Source: Octopus vulgaris
Lineage: Eukaryota
Reading direction: 5' to 3'
Assembly: GCA_951406725.2 (NCBI GenBank)
Contig: OX597826.1
Location: forward strand, 17,236,001 to 17,300,000
DNA: 64,000 nt
The notes beneath the pieces are model-generated. The model was not told the DNA's origin. It did not search any database and was given only the letters and a program-made list of their open reading frames with translations. This document shows, piece by piece, positions 13,457 to 28,599 of the stretch (position 1 is its first letter; each line of letters begins with the position of its first letter). The position numbers were made by a program, and so were the translations under genes.

Positions 13457-15058
13457 ATGTATGTGTGTGTGTGTGTGTGCGCGTGTATGTATGTATATTT
13501 GTATGTATGTAGGTGGGTATGCGTATGCATGAAGCTATTATTATGCGTGTAATTATGTGTATATGTGAGGGCTTTGGCCCGCAAATGTGTGTATATGTGT
13601 ATGTGTGTGTATGAGTGTTTGTGCATGCTAGTGTGTGTGTGTGTGTGTTAAGATGTATATGTGTACACATATGCAAATGCATGTAGACACATACATATGT
13701 AATATACACATAGACACACTCATATACGTATAAATGTACATAAATTTTTTTTATGTGCAAGTGACGGAATGTTTTTTTTTTAATTTTTGAAGAAAAATCT
13801 TCAGCCAAAAACATTTTTCATAGTGTTACTACAATGTAAATATAGAGGTTATAAGTTCTCTATCTAAAATGGAAATTAAAAATAAAAAACACGAATCTTT
13901 AACTTGAATTCAGCAACTATTTTTAAAGTTCTTCAACGCCATATTAATTGAACTCGTTATGGATTTTCACAACTAAACTTTTCACCTTCTTTTCAACTAA
14001 TTTCTTTTACAATTTATATATTCCTCCCCAGAAAGAAATGAAGAAAATTAAGTAAGCATTAGTGCGAGTGAAAGAATATTTTCTATATTAACCAATATAT
14101 GTCTTGGAGACTGTAATTTCTTTGTCTGGCACAAAGTTATTCAAGAAAATTGGGATGAGTTAATTGGAATACTTTTGTTCTTATGAATGCAATTCTTTTT
14201 CTTTTTCGTTATCTAATGTATATTTGAGATATTTTTTGCGAATTTCAGGAGAACTTATTTTCATATTTTTATTAGAATTATTTCAAGTAACTGAAAGACT
14301 TTCCTACTTCGATATTGTTATCGCAGAATGAAAACTGTGTTAAAATTATTCCTTTCTCAGTATCAGTTGATTTTATTTTTTGAACAATTGTATTTACATA
14401 TATGTACACACGAACACACACACAGACTTGTACACAGACACTCATCACACACATACACACCACTAACACATATGGTTGGTCATGAGAGAGCGAGAAGGAA
14501 TACATGTGTATGTGTGAGCGTATGTTGTCCATATATATGTATATATATATTTATGTATGTATGTATGTACGTATTTTAAACTTCTTAAAAGTCACAATAA
14601 TTGCGATTTTGATTATATAAATTAAAACTTATCAATTATACAATTTTTGTTTTAAATCAGGATGATACATATTATTGTGACTTTTAAGAAGTTTAAAATA
14701 CATAAATATATATATATATATATATGGACAACATTCGAATATATTTTTTGCTATTCTTTTCATTTTATATCATTTTATATCATCACAAGTATATATTTTA
14801 TTTTATTTTTATCCCTATATATTATTAATTTTATATTTATAGACATAAGTTACGTAAGAACATAGTTTTTGTAAATTTTTATTTTCATTCGTATTTTTTA
14901 TTTTCATCTTTATTTTTTATTGCATTTTTTGTAATTTTTTATTTGAATCAAATTATGGCTTGTACAGTATGGCCCGGCGAACCTATTTTACACATACTTA
15001 TTTGTTTAAAAAATTAAAACATAGTTTATACTATCAAACTATGAGAAAGTGTTATAGA

Positions 15059-15153
15059 GGCCTGATGATTGGGGTTTTATTTTAAGAATGGTTCCAGCAA
15101 AACACGGCGTGGTTAAGGAACCAGGAAATGTACCTCAGGAAACATGTGTAGCC
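15059..15153 (+). ncRNA. Type I hammerhead ribozyme motif
   Basis: ggc-CTGATGA-ttgggg...(internal tggttcc/ggaacca hairpin)...cctcag-GAAAC atgt GTA-gcc. Confidence 0.6.
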
Positions 15154-15304
15154 AAGTTATAAAGTAGTAAGTATTTAAATTAAAATTCTTTTATATGGTG
15201 GGATGAAGGGGCCTACTATCTCTAAATGAAAATATATATTTCTTCATTGAGAATAATTGGAACCCCTGTTATGCCGGAATTTTTATTCCCTAGCAAATAA
15301 AATT

Positions 15305-15377
<73 letters not shown>

Positions 15378-16046
15378 TTCTGTTTCGAGGTAGTAAGGTC
15401 AGCAAAAAAAGTACTCCATCTCTTGAGAGATAAATATCATTTAATAACCACAATATTTGTTTTTATGTGCTATTATTAGTTTCATGTGCTGAAAACCTGC
15501 CAAACATTGTTTTATAACACTGCCTACATGACATGACGAACTAAAAATGGGACGAGAGTAGAAGCAAGAAAATCGAGAAGTAAGTATATATAAGTGGAAG
15601 GGTGAAAACCGAGAAAACGAAACAGTAAACAAGTAAAGGGGGAAAAGGGGAAAGAGAATTATTTCCCTTAGACTGTAACTTATAAGGTTAAAAAATATAG
15701 TGGCTTAGAGTTTATGGTACAGATGTACTGTGGTGGGGGATATTCTTCCCAATTCATCAACAGGAACTTAAGCATATGCTTACAGTCGCTGAAAATTTCA
15801 GATCTAGAGTACAGCAGAGAGTTAGAGATCTTAGATCTGAAAATTATCTGAGGTCTTTCAGATATCGCATAGCATAATTTTTTTATTCCTTTTATTTCTT
15901 TCTGAATACTTTTTCGTTTTCCACTTTTACAACCTGGCATATGATTGTGCTGTGATGTGACACCAGACGTGATATAAAACAATGTTGGCATGTTATCAGC
16001 ACACGGAAACAATAATTATACATGAAAACATATATTGTGCTTATTA

Positions 16047-16146
<100 letters not shown>

Positions 16147-16225
16147 ATAGGATCGTTAATAATATATATATATATATATATATATAAGGATAAGATCGTT
16201 AATAATATATATATATATATATCAG

Positions 16226-16280
<55 letters not shown>

Positions 16281-16296
16281 TTAGATAGATAGATAA

Positions 16297-16385
<89 letters not shown>

Positions 16386-17511
16386 AAAAGTTGTTTCAGG
16401 ATCTTTGTGTTATATACCGACATACTATTACGTTTTTAGAAGTAATCACCTTGCCAAGCTTTGGATCACTTACGCCCACAAAACTTCGTCTATTAAGATG
16501 ACTCAACACCTTAGCGCGGTTTGTATTAGTGCCTATTTATAGTTGTATGGATCTCATCACTGAATGACGCATATCTTTCAGAGAGACATATGTTAGATGT
16601 ATGAGCTACTCGGTTTACAGTTTGACATGCCCTTAATTCAGACTTCTGTCGCTTTTCTCCTAAGTTAAATATTTACTGTAAAACACCATTTCAGTTTTAT
16701 CAAGATTTAGCTTCACACGTGGGTTTTTATTAACGTCACCGACAACAGCTGCGCTTTATTATAGAATATATATTATACTTATATTACAGAGTACTCGTCA
16801 ATATTAATGTAGTGGAAAATGCAACTTGGTACTTAGTTGTCGGCTAACCTAATCTACGACTCTAAATTTTATTTAAACTTTTCTTTAACAATTGTTTCAC
16901 TTATTTTATACAACTAATGTTGTAGATAATGAGATGTCGGCACTGCTATTTCTTCTTAATCGAAAACTTTAATTGTGTAGTCATGTGATAATAAATACAA
17001 AAATTAAATTAATCAAGTAATTTATATATAATTTAATTGCTCAAAATATTGATAAGTAAAAAAACTCCAAAAATGATATGCGATAGATTTTGGTTTTTAG
17101 CCCCATGACAGCCTTAGCTGAGCAGACTAAGGTGGTCCAGATAATACTATTCCATTTTCAAGATGTCACTATATTGTTGTATGCATTCTTTACGTTTCGT
17201 TCTTTTAAATGGTGGGATTTGACTGCTATTTCCAGTTGGTCCGGTAACTATTTACAGTTCATCCCCTTTTCTTCAGATGTATTTTTTGTGACGTGTATTT
17301 ATCAGCTTGAAGAAATTTTGAGGACGTCATATTATGGATGACTCCGAAGTTTTTGAGCTTGATCTTAGTTTAATGATAAATACAAGTTACTCTGATGAGG
17401 ACCAAGTAGTGTGAGGCTTACAGTAATAATCGTTACTTTTTAAGTTGAGCAAATCGTCTCGGCTCCACTCACACAACAGAAGTAATCATTTGATTATGAG
17501 AAGAATATATG

Positions 17512-17637
17512 ATACAGTATATATTTTACTACTGTGTCGTCTAGAACCACATTGTGCACCCTATTATTTTTTAATACAGTATATATTTTACTACTGTGTC
17601 GTCTAGAACCACATTGTGCACCCTATTATTTTTTAAT
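17512..17637. repeat. Tandem duplication, two copies of ~63 bp
   Basis: atacagtatatattttactactgtgtcgtctagaaccacattgtgcaccctattatttttta occurs twice. Confidence 0.92.
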
Positions 17638-17792
17638 ATGGAGAAAAATGCAGCAATCATATAATTTTCTTCTGTCTTCCCTTCTCGGGATCTTTCCTTC
17701 TCCTTTGTTTCTGACGAAGAGCTCCGCTCGAAACGTTAAACCCTCCTTCTTCCCTTCTTTCCTGAGCGTCCTTTGTGTTTTCTTGTTTGGAT

Positions 17793-17830
<38 letters not shown>

Positions 17831-19799
17831 ACAATGATAGACTGACAGATTTAGATTTCAGCCTAAAGGCAAACAAATGGTGTCGAGAAATTGCTAAAGT
17901 AGTGAGTAAACTACCCAGATTTAAGTATCTCCAGTCATTGTGCAGAGACATGGCTTCTCAGTTGTCTGACACTATGTCAGCCGATTTAATTATGATTGAC
18001 TCAATAATACAGTATAGTCAATGTCATAATTTAATTAGGATGAGACCAACTGTGTTTCCCTTCTCAATGATACGTTTAGCTGTGTAAGGTATTTAAGGCA
18101 TATACGATATTTTCGGTTGTGATGTCGTTATCGGAAAATGCCATGTGTCGTGCAGTGTAGCAGTCGGAATATATAGTATGGCCTAGAGTGGCCTACACTG
18201 ACAATTCGGGCATTTTCTGAGTGAAGTAGTATGCCGGGCAAGACATGTTCGAGACAGGTATTCTACATGTGATGCGATGTCCAGTATGATAGTGTTTAAA
18301 TTAGTCACTTGTCCTATTAGAGAGAAATAGCTAACAAACCCCTCTTAAACCACATTCTCTCGTCTTGAAATATAAATACTTATTGAATAGACTGAAAGAA
18401 TGCGGTGGCTAAAGTTAGTATGTCTTTAGTCATAGATTTCTTCGACCAAGGCTGAATTAATTGTAAATAGCAACAGGAGATATTATATGACAGTCGAAAC
18501 ATATTGTATGGGTTATAGTGTAATAATCAAACTATACTGTCAGTTGAAATGTGATATTCAAATCAATTGCTCCATGTGTGACAGGTAACTACACTTAGGT
18601 CTGTATGGTAAAAATGTTTTGTGAACAGGTGTAAGCTTTTTATTGAAATTAAAACTGGGATGTACAGTCACCTCATCGATATTTTGCCTCTAATCTCAAC
18701 TTATGCACACAAGCATGTGATCAATAATTGATTAAGAGTATTCGCAATTTCTCTAACCATCATATATCAATATCATTAGATTGTTTGTGTTTTTACTATA
18801 AAACAGCAACTGTTATTCTGCAAACAAATGTCAACATATTCAGTTAAAGAGTAGGTCCACAGTCGTTGTCGTTTTAGAGATATTTACTATTCATCTAGTT
18901 ATAGTCTGCAAAATAAATACCAGTAATGTACGAGAGGTCATTCTCCTGTTCAGATAAAACCAATTTCGTGCCTAGCAACAAGACAGGAATTACATTAATG
19001 TGTGAACTTAGTTATTATAGTTGTTGGTGTTTATATTTATTCATATCTTTTGCAGAGATACCGCTGTTCATTTGTTTGTCTATTAAACTGTTATTGTCAA
19101 TACTCTATTTTCCATTCGTTACCCAGTTTACATCCATACTAATTTCTTTCCAATTTGCCCCATTTCCCTAAATAATGTGATCGTTAATGCTGATTCAGAA
19201 AGTGTTACATCGGTGTTGGTCGTTGTATTGTCGTGCCTTTGATGTGACTGTAGTTTTGATGCTTTACTGATAGCATTTGTGTCGGTGTTAAATTGGTGGT
19301 GCTGTGTTCGTATTGTTAATGAAGCAGCAGTTTCATTGTGACGCTGTTGCTGTACCTGTTCTAAGCTGTGTTCGTAGCAATAATGTTGATATTTTGATGG
19401 TTGTGTTGTAGTATTAGTGTCATATAATGGCAAGTATGCTGGCGTTGGGATAGTGGTTTCCTTGTTGTAGAAGGGTACTTGGACTCGTTAAAGGCATTTA
19501 AGAACCCGATAATGGTGTAAATCGTGTAACAGATTAAGTATACAACGTTTGTACGCCACGGAGAGATTTGAATTCCGAACTCAAGCACCAGAACAAATAA
19601 CGTCAGAAACCCGGCGTTCTAACGATTCCATTAGTCTAGTGCCTCTAAGTTGTACATTATTTATCGAGCCAGTAAGGCTGAAGACAAAATTTTCCCTTCC
19701 GCGGTTATGGATTCAGAGGCAGGGAGTCGGGACAAGGGCTGTAATTCATTTTCTCAGCAGTTCTCACGACTCTGTCTATTCACCACTAAAACCGATGTG

Positions 19800-20340
19800 A
19801 TGGCAGCAGGGTGTTAGCACTGTGGTTGTAACCATAGTGTTGTGAGATTGATGATAGCAGTAATGTCGATGTTATATGGCACTGGATGCGTCGATGGTGC
19901 TGTGGAGGCCGGGGGCAGTAGTATAGGCGATGTGGTGGTGGTAGCATTGATGTTGGTGCTGTGATGGTTGTAGTTAGTACTGTAGTTGTGACAGTGGTGT
20001 TGTAACGTCGTTGATAGCAGTAATGTTCGTGTTATGGTGGTGACAATGGCTTTGATGTTATGGCAGTGGAAGTGTCCAAGGTGTTGTGGCAGGTGTCTGT
20101 AGTTTAGGTGCGGTGCTTGTGGTGGCGGTGGTTGTGGTGGTGGTGGTGGTGGTGGTTGGTGGTGGTGGTAAAGGTGGTGTCGGTGGTAAAGGTGGTGGTG
20201 GTATTGGTGGTGGTGGTGGTGGTGGTATTGGTGGTGGCGGTCGTCGTCGTGGTGGTGGTGGTGGTGGATGTTGGTGCTGTGATGCTGGTAATTGTACTTT
20301 AATTGTGATATTGATGCTGTAGTAGCAATAATCATTGTAA
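19800..20340. repeat. (GGT)n / GT-rich low-complexity region
   Basis: Visible trinucleotide runs; source of the poly-H/P/G/V ORFs. Confidence 0.9.
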
Positions 20341-21130
20341 TATTGGCGTCGGGTGTTGGCAGGGAAATTTGTCACCATCATCGTCGGATCTCTTCGGACC
20401 GCTACACGTCTCAGATCTATAATATACATATGCCGGTTTTTCTCCATATATGGTGTTGACAGTGGTATTGCTCAGTATTGTATCTGATAACAGATAGGAC
20501 TTGAAATATGTTATTCTCGTTTAGAAGGTAATAACAACTTTGTTTAATGATATGTGGTCGTTATGTTGAGCATATCCTCAGACTACGTAAAAATATTATC
20601 TCCTCAGCTCATGAGGTGCCTTGCTGTTTTCGTGCAGTCGTACTTGGTTTTCTTCGAACAATTTGTCTGAAACATTCAAAGTAGCTATTGGTTTAGGAAA
20701 TGTTGTTGCACATATTATTTTAGTAGCTCATGTGTTTGGCTCTGTTCTTGCTTTACACTTTGCTACTGTTCTTCATATTGTTGTAAATTTTGTCGTTGGT
20801 TCTTATTCTTTTGTGAAATGCAATTCTTCTCGATATTTTAACTATTATCGTTACCGTAGTTTGTTTTTGTATGCTTTTCTTATTGCTTTTTTCGTTTTAT
20901 TTATGTAAATCGAGAAACGTTAATAGGTGTGTTTTATCAGGTATAATAATATAAAGTTACTTTTTTTTATTGTTGTTATTCTTACAGCTATGCATATGGA
21001 TGTTGTTTTGTTGTTTGAGTGTTATGCAGAAGTATCGTTCATAACTGAGAATCACTAAGAGACGCGCACATGCACTCACACACATGCACAAAAGCATATA
21101 TGTGTGTGTGCGCGTACATTCATGCACACA

Positions 21131-21168
<38 letters not shown>

Positions 21169-21508
21169 TATGTGTGTGTGTATGTGTTTACATACATATA
21201 TATATATAAATATATATATTTAAATGTATATATATATATATAGATAGATAGATAGATATGTATGTGTATATGTATGCCTATATATATGTGTGTTTATATA
21301 TATTGGCAAATCAAAAATAAAAGCAAAAACAAGAAAGCCAGAAAAACTCACAAAAGTCAAAAGAGCGTACACAGTGATAATATATTAGAGTGACGTGTAT
21401 ATACCCTCATACATGCAAGCGCACAAACAGTTGATCATTTGTAAGTTCACGCAATAAAATAATGCATAATACGCACGTATACTTACACAATAAATGTATG
21501 TGTATGTG

Positions 21509-21555
<47 letters not shown>

Positions 21556-22819
21556 GTTATCAATTGTGTGTGGTTGCATGTATGAGAGTATAGGCACATC
21601 GCCAATCTAGTAAAATACATGAGTCCAGGTTTGAGATGGTTTACGCTATTTTCATCACAATGACTTTGTGTGTGCATGTGTGTGTTGTATGATTTAATGA
21701 TGATATAAATGTATGTGAATGCAATTGTGTGCTAACATGTGTTCAACGGTTAACAAAAATAGATTTATAAAACTAACGTCGATTTTAACAAAAGAAAGAA
21801 ACTAACGTCGACTTTTAAAAAATGATTTTATCATGTGTAATTTTGAGATTCACGACTTCTTAATAATAATGGCTAGCACTATTAGGAAAAAGTTTCTAAA
21901 AGAAATATTTTAAAGTATTCCTGACACATCCGTACGAGTAGAATTTCAGTAAAAAAACACGCAACACAAATTTCAAAGAGACTGAAATAATATGAAAATG
22001 AAGTCATACAGAGTTCACTTCAAAGCCATGGAAGCTCGACAAGTGAGTAGAGTTTAACATTATGCTTCGTGCATTGATAAGCGTTCATTGATGTTTTTTA
22101 ATGAGTTTTGAGAAATGGCAATGTAACTTTGAGAGCTAATTGAAAAAATGGAAATTACAGATTCCAAAACATAACCAAATTTTCATTAATTTATATTATG
22201 ACGTACATGTACTTGCGTACACGCATGCGTGCTTATATGTACATGATAGCAGTATATATATATATATATATATATATATGCATGTCTATGTGCGCATGGT
22301 GTGTGCGTGATATGAGAATGTAATTATGTGCATGAATATAAATATATATATTTATACATATACTTGCACACATATATATGCAAATATATTTCATTATGTA
22401 TGAGCAAATATATATATATATATATATACATATATATGTGAGTGTATGTGCTCGTGTGTGCGTGCGTGTATGGATGTTCGTAATCATGTATAAATGTGTG
22501 TGTGAGTGTTTGATCAATGCGTATGTTTTACGCATTATGCATTCATAATGTACATATATGTACATATATGTTTACGATTGTGTGTGTACTTATATGTACG
22601 TGTATGTGTGTGTTTATCAGCTCGTCTGTGCTATATATTGTTCACGTATATATGTAAATATAAATGAAAATGCATAAAAACATTTATATTGAATAAAAAT
22701 ATGCAAATATAGCGGTGCAGAAATAGACATCTACATATATACTATATATTATCCATATAGAGTCACATTCTAATAAATTAACATACAGTAGCGGACATTT
22801 AGATGCAAATAAAGATGAC

Positions 22820-22879
<60 letters not shown>

Positions 22880-22911
22880 CGTGCGTGTGTGCGTGTGTGT
22901 GTGTGCGTGCG

Positions 22912-23004
<93 letters not shown>

Positions 23005-23291
23005 AAAGACAGAAGTTGGAATATACGAGAATATATTATTAATCACAACAATTGTTTCGACACATCTAGCCCGACTCTTCTTGTGGGACACACGAAAACT
23101 GGTACAAGAGTATCTCGTCAGGAGATAAATAAATAAAAAATCTCGTTAAAATGACAGTTCCATAATGCAACTTTTCGATTTGTAGAGAGAAAAACACCCA
23201 GACGGAGGAAAATTCTTGATATATATATAGAAGATCCCAAAAAAATTGCAGAAGACAAAAAGAGAAACGAGCACTTAATCCAGCGAGAAAA

Positions 23292-23334
<43 letters not shown>

Positions 23335-23708
23335 TATATTAAGTGCATTACTATACATAAATTCCTCATGCTATGAGGGACTCTTAAAGTCAAAACTATC
23401 ATAATAATTTTTTATTAATATTTAAACACATTGTACCAAACGCGAGGGAATGCAACTCTCGAAGCGGGCCTTTTAAAAATAGATTCAGCCGCAGAGCACA
23501 CGATTTCATAATTAGTGCAAAAACTGCGCTTTTTTATCATCAGTGCATGAAATCATGTGATCTGCAACTGAATCTATTTTTAAAAGGCTCGCTTAAAAGA
23601 GTTGTATTCCCTCGCGTTCGGTACAATGTGTTTATTTATTATGCTAGTTTTGACTTTAAAAATCCCTCCTAGCATAAGGCATTTATGTATAGTAATGCCC
23701 TTAATATA
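23335..23708. repeat. Diverged long inverted repeat (~165-175 bp arms, ~37 bp spacer) between TA tracts
   Basis: aagtgcattactatacataaat...aaaatagattcag...cacgatttcat pairs with atgaaatcatgtg...ctgaatctattttt...atttatgtatagtaatgccctt. Confidence 0.9.
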
Positions 23709-23796
23709 AATAAATATATTTAATAAATTTTTCCCTTATGAGGTTTTTTCACGCTAACTACTTGATAAATTATCATAAAGATTTTATCTTATTTTT

Positions 23797-23974
<178 letters not shown>

Positions 23975-26900
23975 CAGTTCTTTCAAAGTGGGTATTAAAA
24001 ACGAAATAAAGGAGAAGCCTGTCCACTTCATTGGATGTAAGTGATATAATGGCGGATGAATTCAATCAGCGCAGATGATAGCGATGACTCAAAAACCAGA
24101 GTTACAATGACAGAGCAGATATAAAATGGAAAATGACGAAGTCCAAAGAAACGTCTTACTATATACTCCTTGAACTTCACATTTCCCATGCAATAACTAC
24201 ACTCTCAAATCCGATTAACGGACATTAAACGAAAGCTTCCGGTGCAAATCTCCAATGTCTTTCAAATACTTTTTACTTTATATTCTTTATTAATAGGATA
24301 CTTTATACATGGGATTCATTTTAAATCTTTCAGATTATCAATTTGGAAAGAAAAATCAATTTTATAACAAAGAACACAGAGCATGCTGCACGATTTGAAT
24401 GTTCATACAAAGATGAATTTACAAAAAGAAAATTGTTTTTAGTTCATTCTGTCAAGTTACTCAAAAGTTGGAAAGGAATTTTTCAATATGTATTAAGATA
24501 GGATTATATATATTGTTTTTGGAACGCAAAGGTTATATTTGCATAGTGTATCTCTGTATTTTATATATCTTAGATAAAGTGTTCGCGTCTTGCACGAATG
24601 AGAAACCTATCAGGATAGCTAATTATATAGTGTTGTGTCTGGGGAGAATCATTTTCTTTTTGTGCCTTATAATGTAACACACTCACCGGTAAAATTTCAA
24701 CTTATTTCTTAATTTTATTTTCCTAAAATTTTCGTTGCGTCTTGCAACCTTTTCAGTAGTCTTAATTATATAGTGTGGAGTATTTATTGCTACACTACGC
24801 TTATTTAAAATAAGTTCAGAGCTTGTTAACTGTCTCCATTGTTGACTTTTTTAGGTTTATTGATGTTAGAAACAAGTGGAAATTGATTTCCAAAGCGAAA
24901 TATATTGTATCAGATTCTTTCTTACATTAATCCAATCGTTATTTCTAATGTCAGATACGATGTTGCTGTCATGTCTAGTCTAGACACAATTATAAGAACC
25001 AAGGTAATATTCTCTCAATTTTCATCCCCTTCATTCCTAGGGTAATCAAAATATAGCTAGGATAAGCATAGGAATCCTTCGTTTGAAACTATTATTCTAA
25101 GCAGTCGAAGATAAAAAATTAATAGGAAACCATTCTCAGACAGAGTTTGTAAAATATTCAAGTATTCGATTTATACTAATCGTTCGATTTGTACCAATTG
25201 TTCCTTCAGGATAATGCTTCTGGTCGATGAAGTGTGTGGGATAAAATCAAAAATACTTCCAGAACTCACCAACAGGAGATACATTCGACATGCCTGGAAA
25301 TTATATATTACATTATAACTCCCAATACAACCTTTGGTATGTTATATCATTCTTTTTGTTTCTCTTATGTAAAGTGATCATAATCTGTTGTCAAAATCAC
25401 GGGGGTATTGTGTTTATAGTTTGTCGCAAGTTAATAGGTTAACATGGGTCATTTAAAGTGGATGTACTGTAGAGCCGTAGCCAAAAGCAAAAAAGACATT
25501 AGTATTACTTCAGCCTTGAAGCTAACAAATAAATGACAAAATGACTGATTTTTAAGCCATGGATCCAAATCAACGTCGATATTCACTTAGCTTTCTAGGC
25601 AGACCATGTAATTTTACGTTTTCACAAACACAATCAAATTATGACCATCCAAGTGCAGTATCTAGTGTACAAGGGTTATTTCGTATCTATTTATAGATAG
25701 ACTTTAAAATCAATTACGTGAATAAATCTTTGATTTGCAAAAAGATTCATTTATTCTCAAGATACATAAACGATATTTAAGACTAAAATTAATTACTATT
25801 GAAAGTGAAACGAAAATATATTCAACAATGCGTTGTTTATCGGGGAAATTGATGTAAAATGTAATAATATATGCAGGAAATATATAACTTTTTTGTATTT
25901 ATTCATGTTTGTTAATGTTCACAGAAAACAAGACAAATGATTTGTTCTAAGAATTGAAATTATTCAGAACATTACATTAGTTTACAATTGCTGAGATGAA
26001 GCAAATTAATAGATTTCAAGTTCTATTTTCAATCAATTATTGAAAAACAATATAGGCATCAGAAAATGTCTTTAAAGATTGAGCAGACACTTCTACTAGA
26101 AACACATTAGGCAAGGACTTGAATTAAACAAAGGGTTAACATCAATTCAATTTGTTTATTTACATCTGGGGATTTCCCTAATATTTGTTATCCTGTTTTC
26201 ATGAACAACTGAATATATGGATACACATGTGTGTGGATATGTGCATGTTCTTGTGTATGCGTGCGTATGCTTACATACACATATAATATACCATACATAC
26301 AAATGTCACGCAACGACATTGATTTAGCTTACCGTCATTCAGAAATTTTATTCAATTATTTAAAATAAGGCTTTCTTCAGAATGAATTAATATTTCATAT
26401 TTATCTCATAATTTTGTAGCAAATTAAAATATTGATGAATTGTCATTGCCATTCATTTCAATATTTTAAGCTTTTACACATATCCAACAAACACACAACA
26501 CACGTAAGTACGGACGCTAACATTTGCACGCACACGCTCACAAACTTTGAGACAATCATACGTTCAATATAAATATTTCCTTCTTGAGAAGATATATCAG
26601 ATTTCATATTCACTGACTACTTACCAGCCAGGAACACAAAAGGTTATCTTCTCTGTCCTTTGATGTCTTTCGGATTTGTAAATCACTAACATCTATTCGA
26701 TGGTTTTGAAACATACCTCGAAATCACATCTAATATGCCGAAATAGCTTAGGAACTGGCAGAATGGTTACGAGAATCGTTACGTTCTGAGTTCAAATGCC
26801 GCCGGAGTCGACTTTATCTTACATCCTTTTTGGGTTGATAAAATAAGTACTAGTTATTAACTGGATCAATGTAATTGAATTACGGCTTTCTACAAAATTG

Positions 26901-27063
26901 CTGGACTTGCGCCAAAATTTGAATCCGATATTTCAAAATTGCTTCCTACTAAAGTATTACCTAACACTAAATACTAGATTGAGTTACATATACTCAAATG
27001 TATAGCAATCCATATATATATAGGCAGATAAATATATAATTTATGTATGTATATATGAATAAA

Positions 27064-27137
<74 letters not shown>

Positions 27138-28276
27138 TAGATATTATATAATGTGTGCATACGTGTGTGCTTGTTTGTGTGTGTGTGTGAGGAGAAACAG
27201 TAAAAGGTGTCGTTGCTATTATGTTAGATTTGTCCAAATTTTGCCAATGCGTTTTTATTGGTATTTATTTTTGCTTGCAACAGCCGGTTCTTTTGGTCAA
27301 ACTTTCGTATCTCCTGCCGCTTCAAATGCCAAGACATCAAAAATTATAAAAGTGTAGTACAACAGTTTTGCTATGTTGTACAGGGAGATTGCACTGGATA
27401 TGACTAATAGTCTGTAAATGAATTGCATATTGCCAGTGCTGCTACCTTGAGTGCTTGAAAAACGTGACAAAAAAGTTGATAGTTGTTTTTAAGTAGAATA
27501 AAATTTGGTATCCTCACTTTAGCCTTTAGATAAGTTAAGTTTTCTGCCAGAATAGCAGATTAGAATCTCATAACACACCAAACTATTTGGTATCTTACAG
27601 AGTTCCACCATTTACCATTATATCAGATATATGCGTTTCTATTTGCGTCTTCTATCTCTAATGAGATGCAGAAACCTCTTCTCACTGAATTAGCAATTAA
27701 ATTATTTGATGCCACAACATCGCCAAGTCCTATTAGAAATATTCCGAGAATTGTGCTAATATCGAACCTGAACGATAAAGCGCTGCATGTCGGAGTGTAC
27801 CCTATGGTACAAATTAAAAGGATCTCTTGTAAGCTAATGGCCCCCAATTGATCAAACGATAACCTAATTGTCATAAGTCTGATAAATACAGGTTGTACAA
27901 CACAGTAATACTTTTTTTGATATTTTACGTGTGGCAGGAAGTATTTCCAAAGTATAGCTTCTTCTAGGTATTCTCATATACACATTTTATATTATCATTG
28001 TTCAATCTAAAATAATTTTCCTCGTAACAGGTTTAAAATTCTATGCTCTATTCACATAGATACCATGTATCTATATATATATATGTATGTGTGTATGTAT
28101 ATATTTGTATGTATATACGTATGTATGTATGTTCGTACATATGGATTTAATAATTTTTGATAAGTTGTAAAAAACAACTCTAGCGGCAATAACAAGAAAC
28201 AGAATAAATTGAAAGAAAGAATACTTTTGTATAAGATTATATTAAATTGAAATAGTTTTGATTTCTTAAGGCTTAC

Positions 28277-28522
28277 CTTCAAGGCTGTTGTAGATTATAG
28301 CAATCCGCTTTTTATCTCGGTAATCCAGCATATCCTTGATGGCTCTGAAGAATGTAGAAATGCCTGGAAACAGACGAATCAAATTTCCGCCGATTGCTCG
28401 ATCTGAGATTGCCAAAGTAGTCACAAAATAAGGTATATTCAGGTGATTCGTCGCTTTAGCCATTACTGGGTTGAAATTTCCCAAAACTGCTCGAATATTT
28501 TCTGCTTCCAGTGTGTCAATCA
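28277..28522 (-). CDS. Coding exon (246 bp, phase 1-1) of a putative ionotropic glutamate receptor-like gene, amino-terminal domain
   Basis: Minus strand reads tttactttcag|TGATTGAC...CTTGAAG|gtaagc. Translation VIDTLEAENIRAVLGNFNPVMAKATNHLNIPYFVTT...LIRLFPGISTFFRAIKDMLDYRDKKRIAIIYNSLEG. The motifs AVLG, LNIPY and IAIIYxSxEG resemble the ATD of kainate/AMPA/IR-type receptors. Family assignment is by recalled motif only. Confidence 0.75.
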
Positions 28523-28599
28523 CTGAAAGTAAATATAAAAATATACAGTAGTAAGACATCGGATTAAAAGCGTCGTACATTTATATGCTATTAACAATT

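Noticed and set aside
19814-20447. Poly-His/Pro/Gly/Val ORFs
   Set aside because: Products of a (GGT)n low-complexity tract; no splice or domain support.
27623-27874. ORF containing GAISLQEILL just downstream of the iGluR-like exon
   Set aside because: It resembles the expected next motif, but I found no phase-1 acceptor that enters this frame; the candidate AGs I tested lead to stops.
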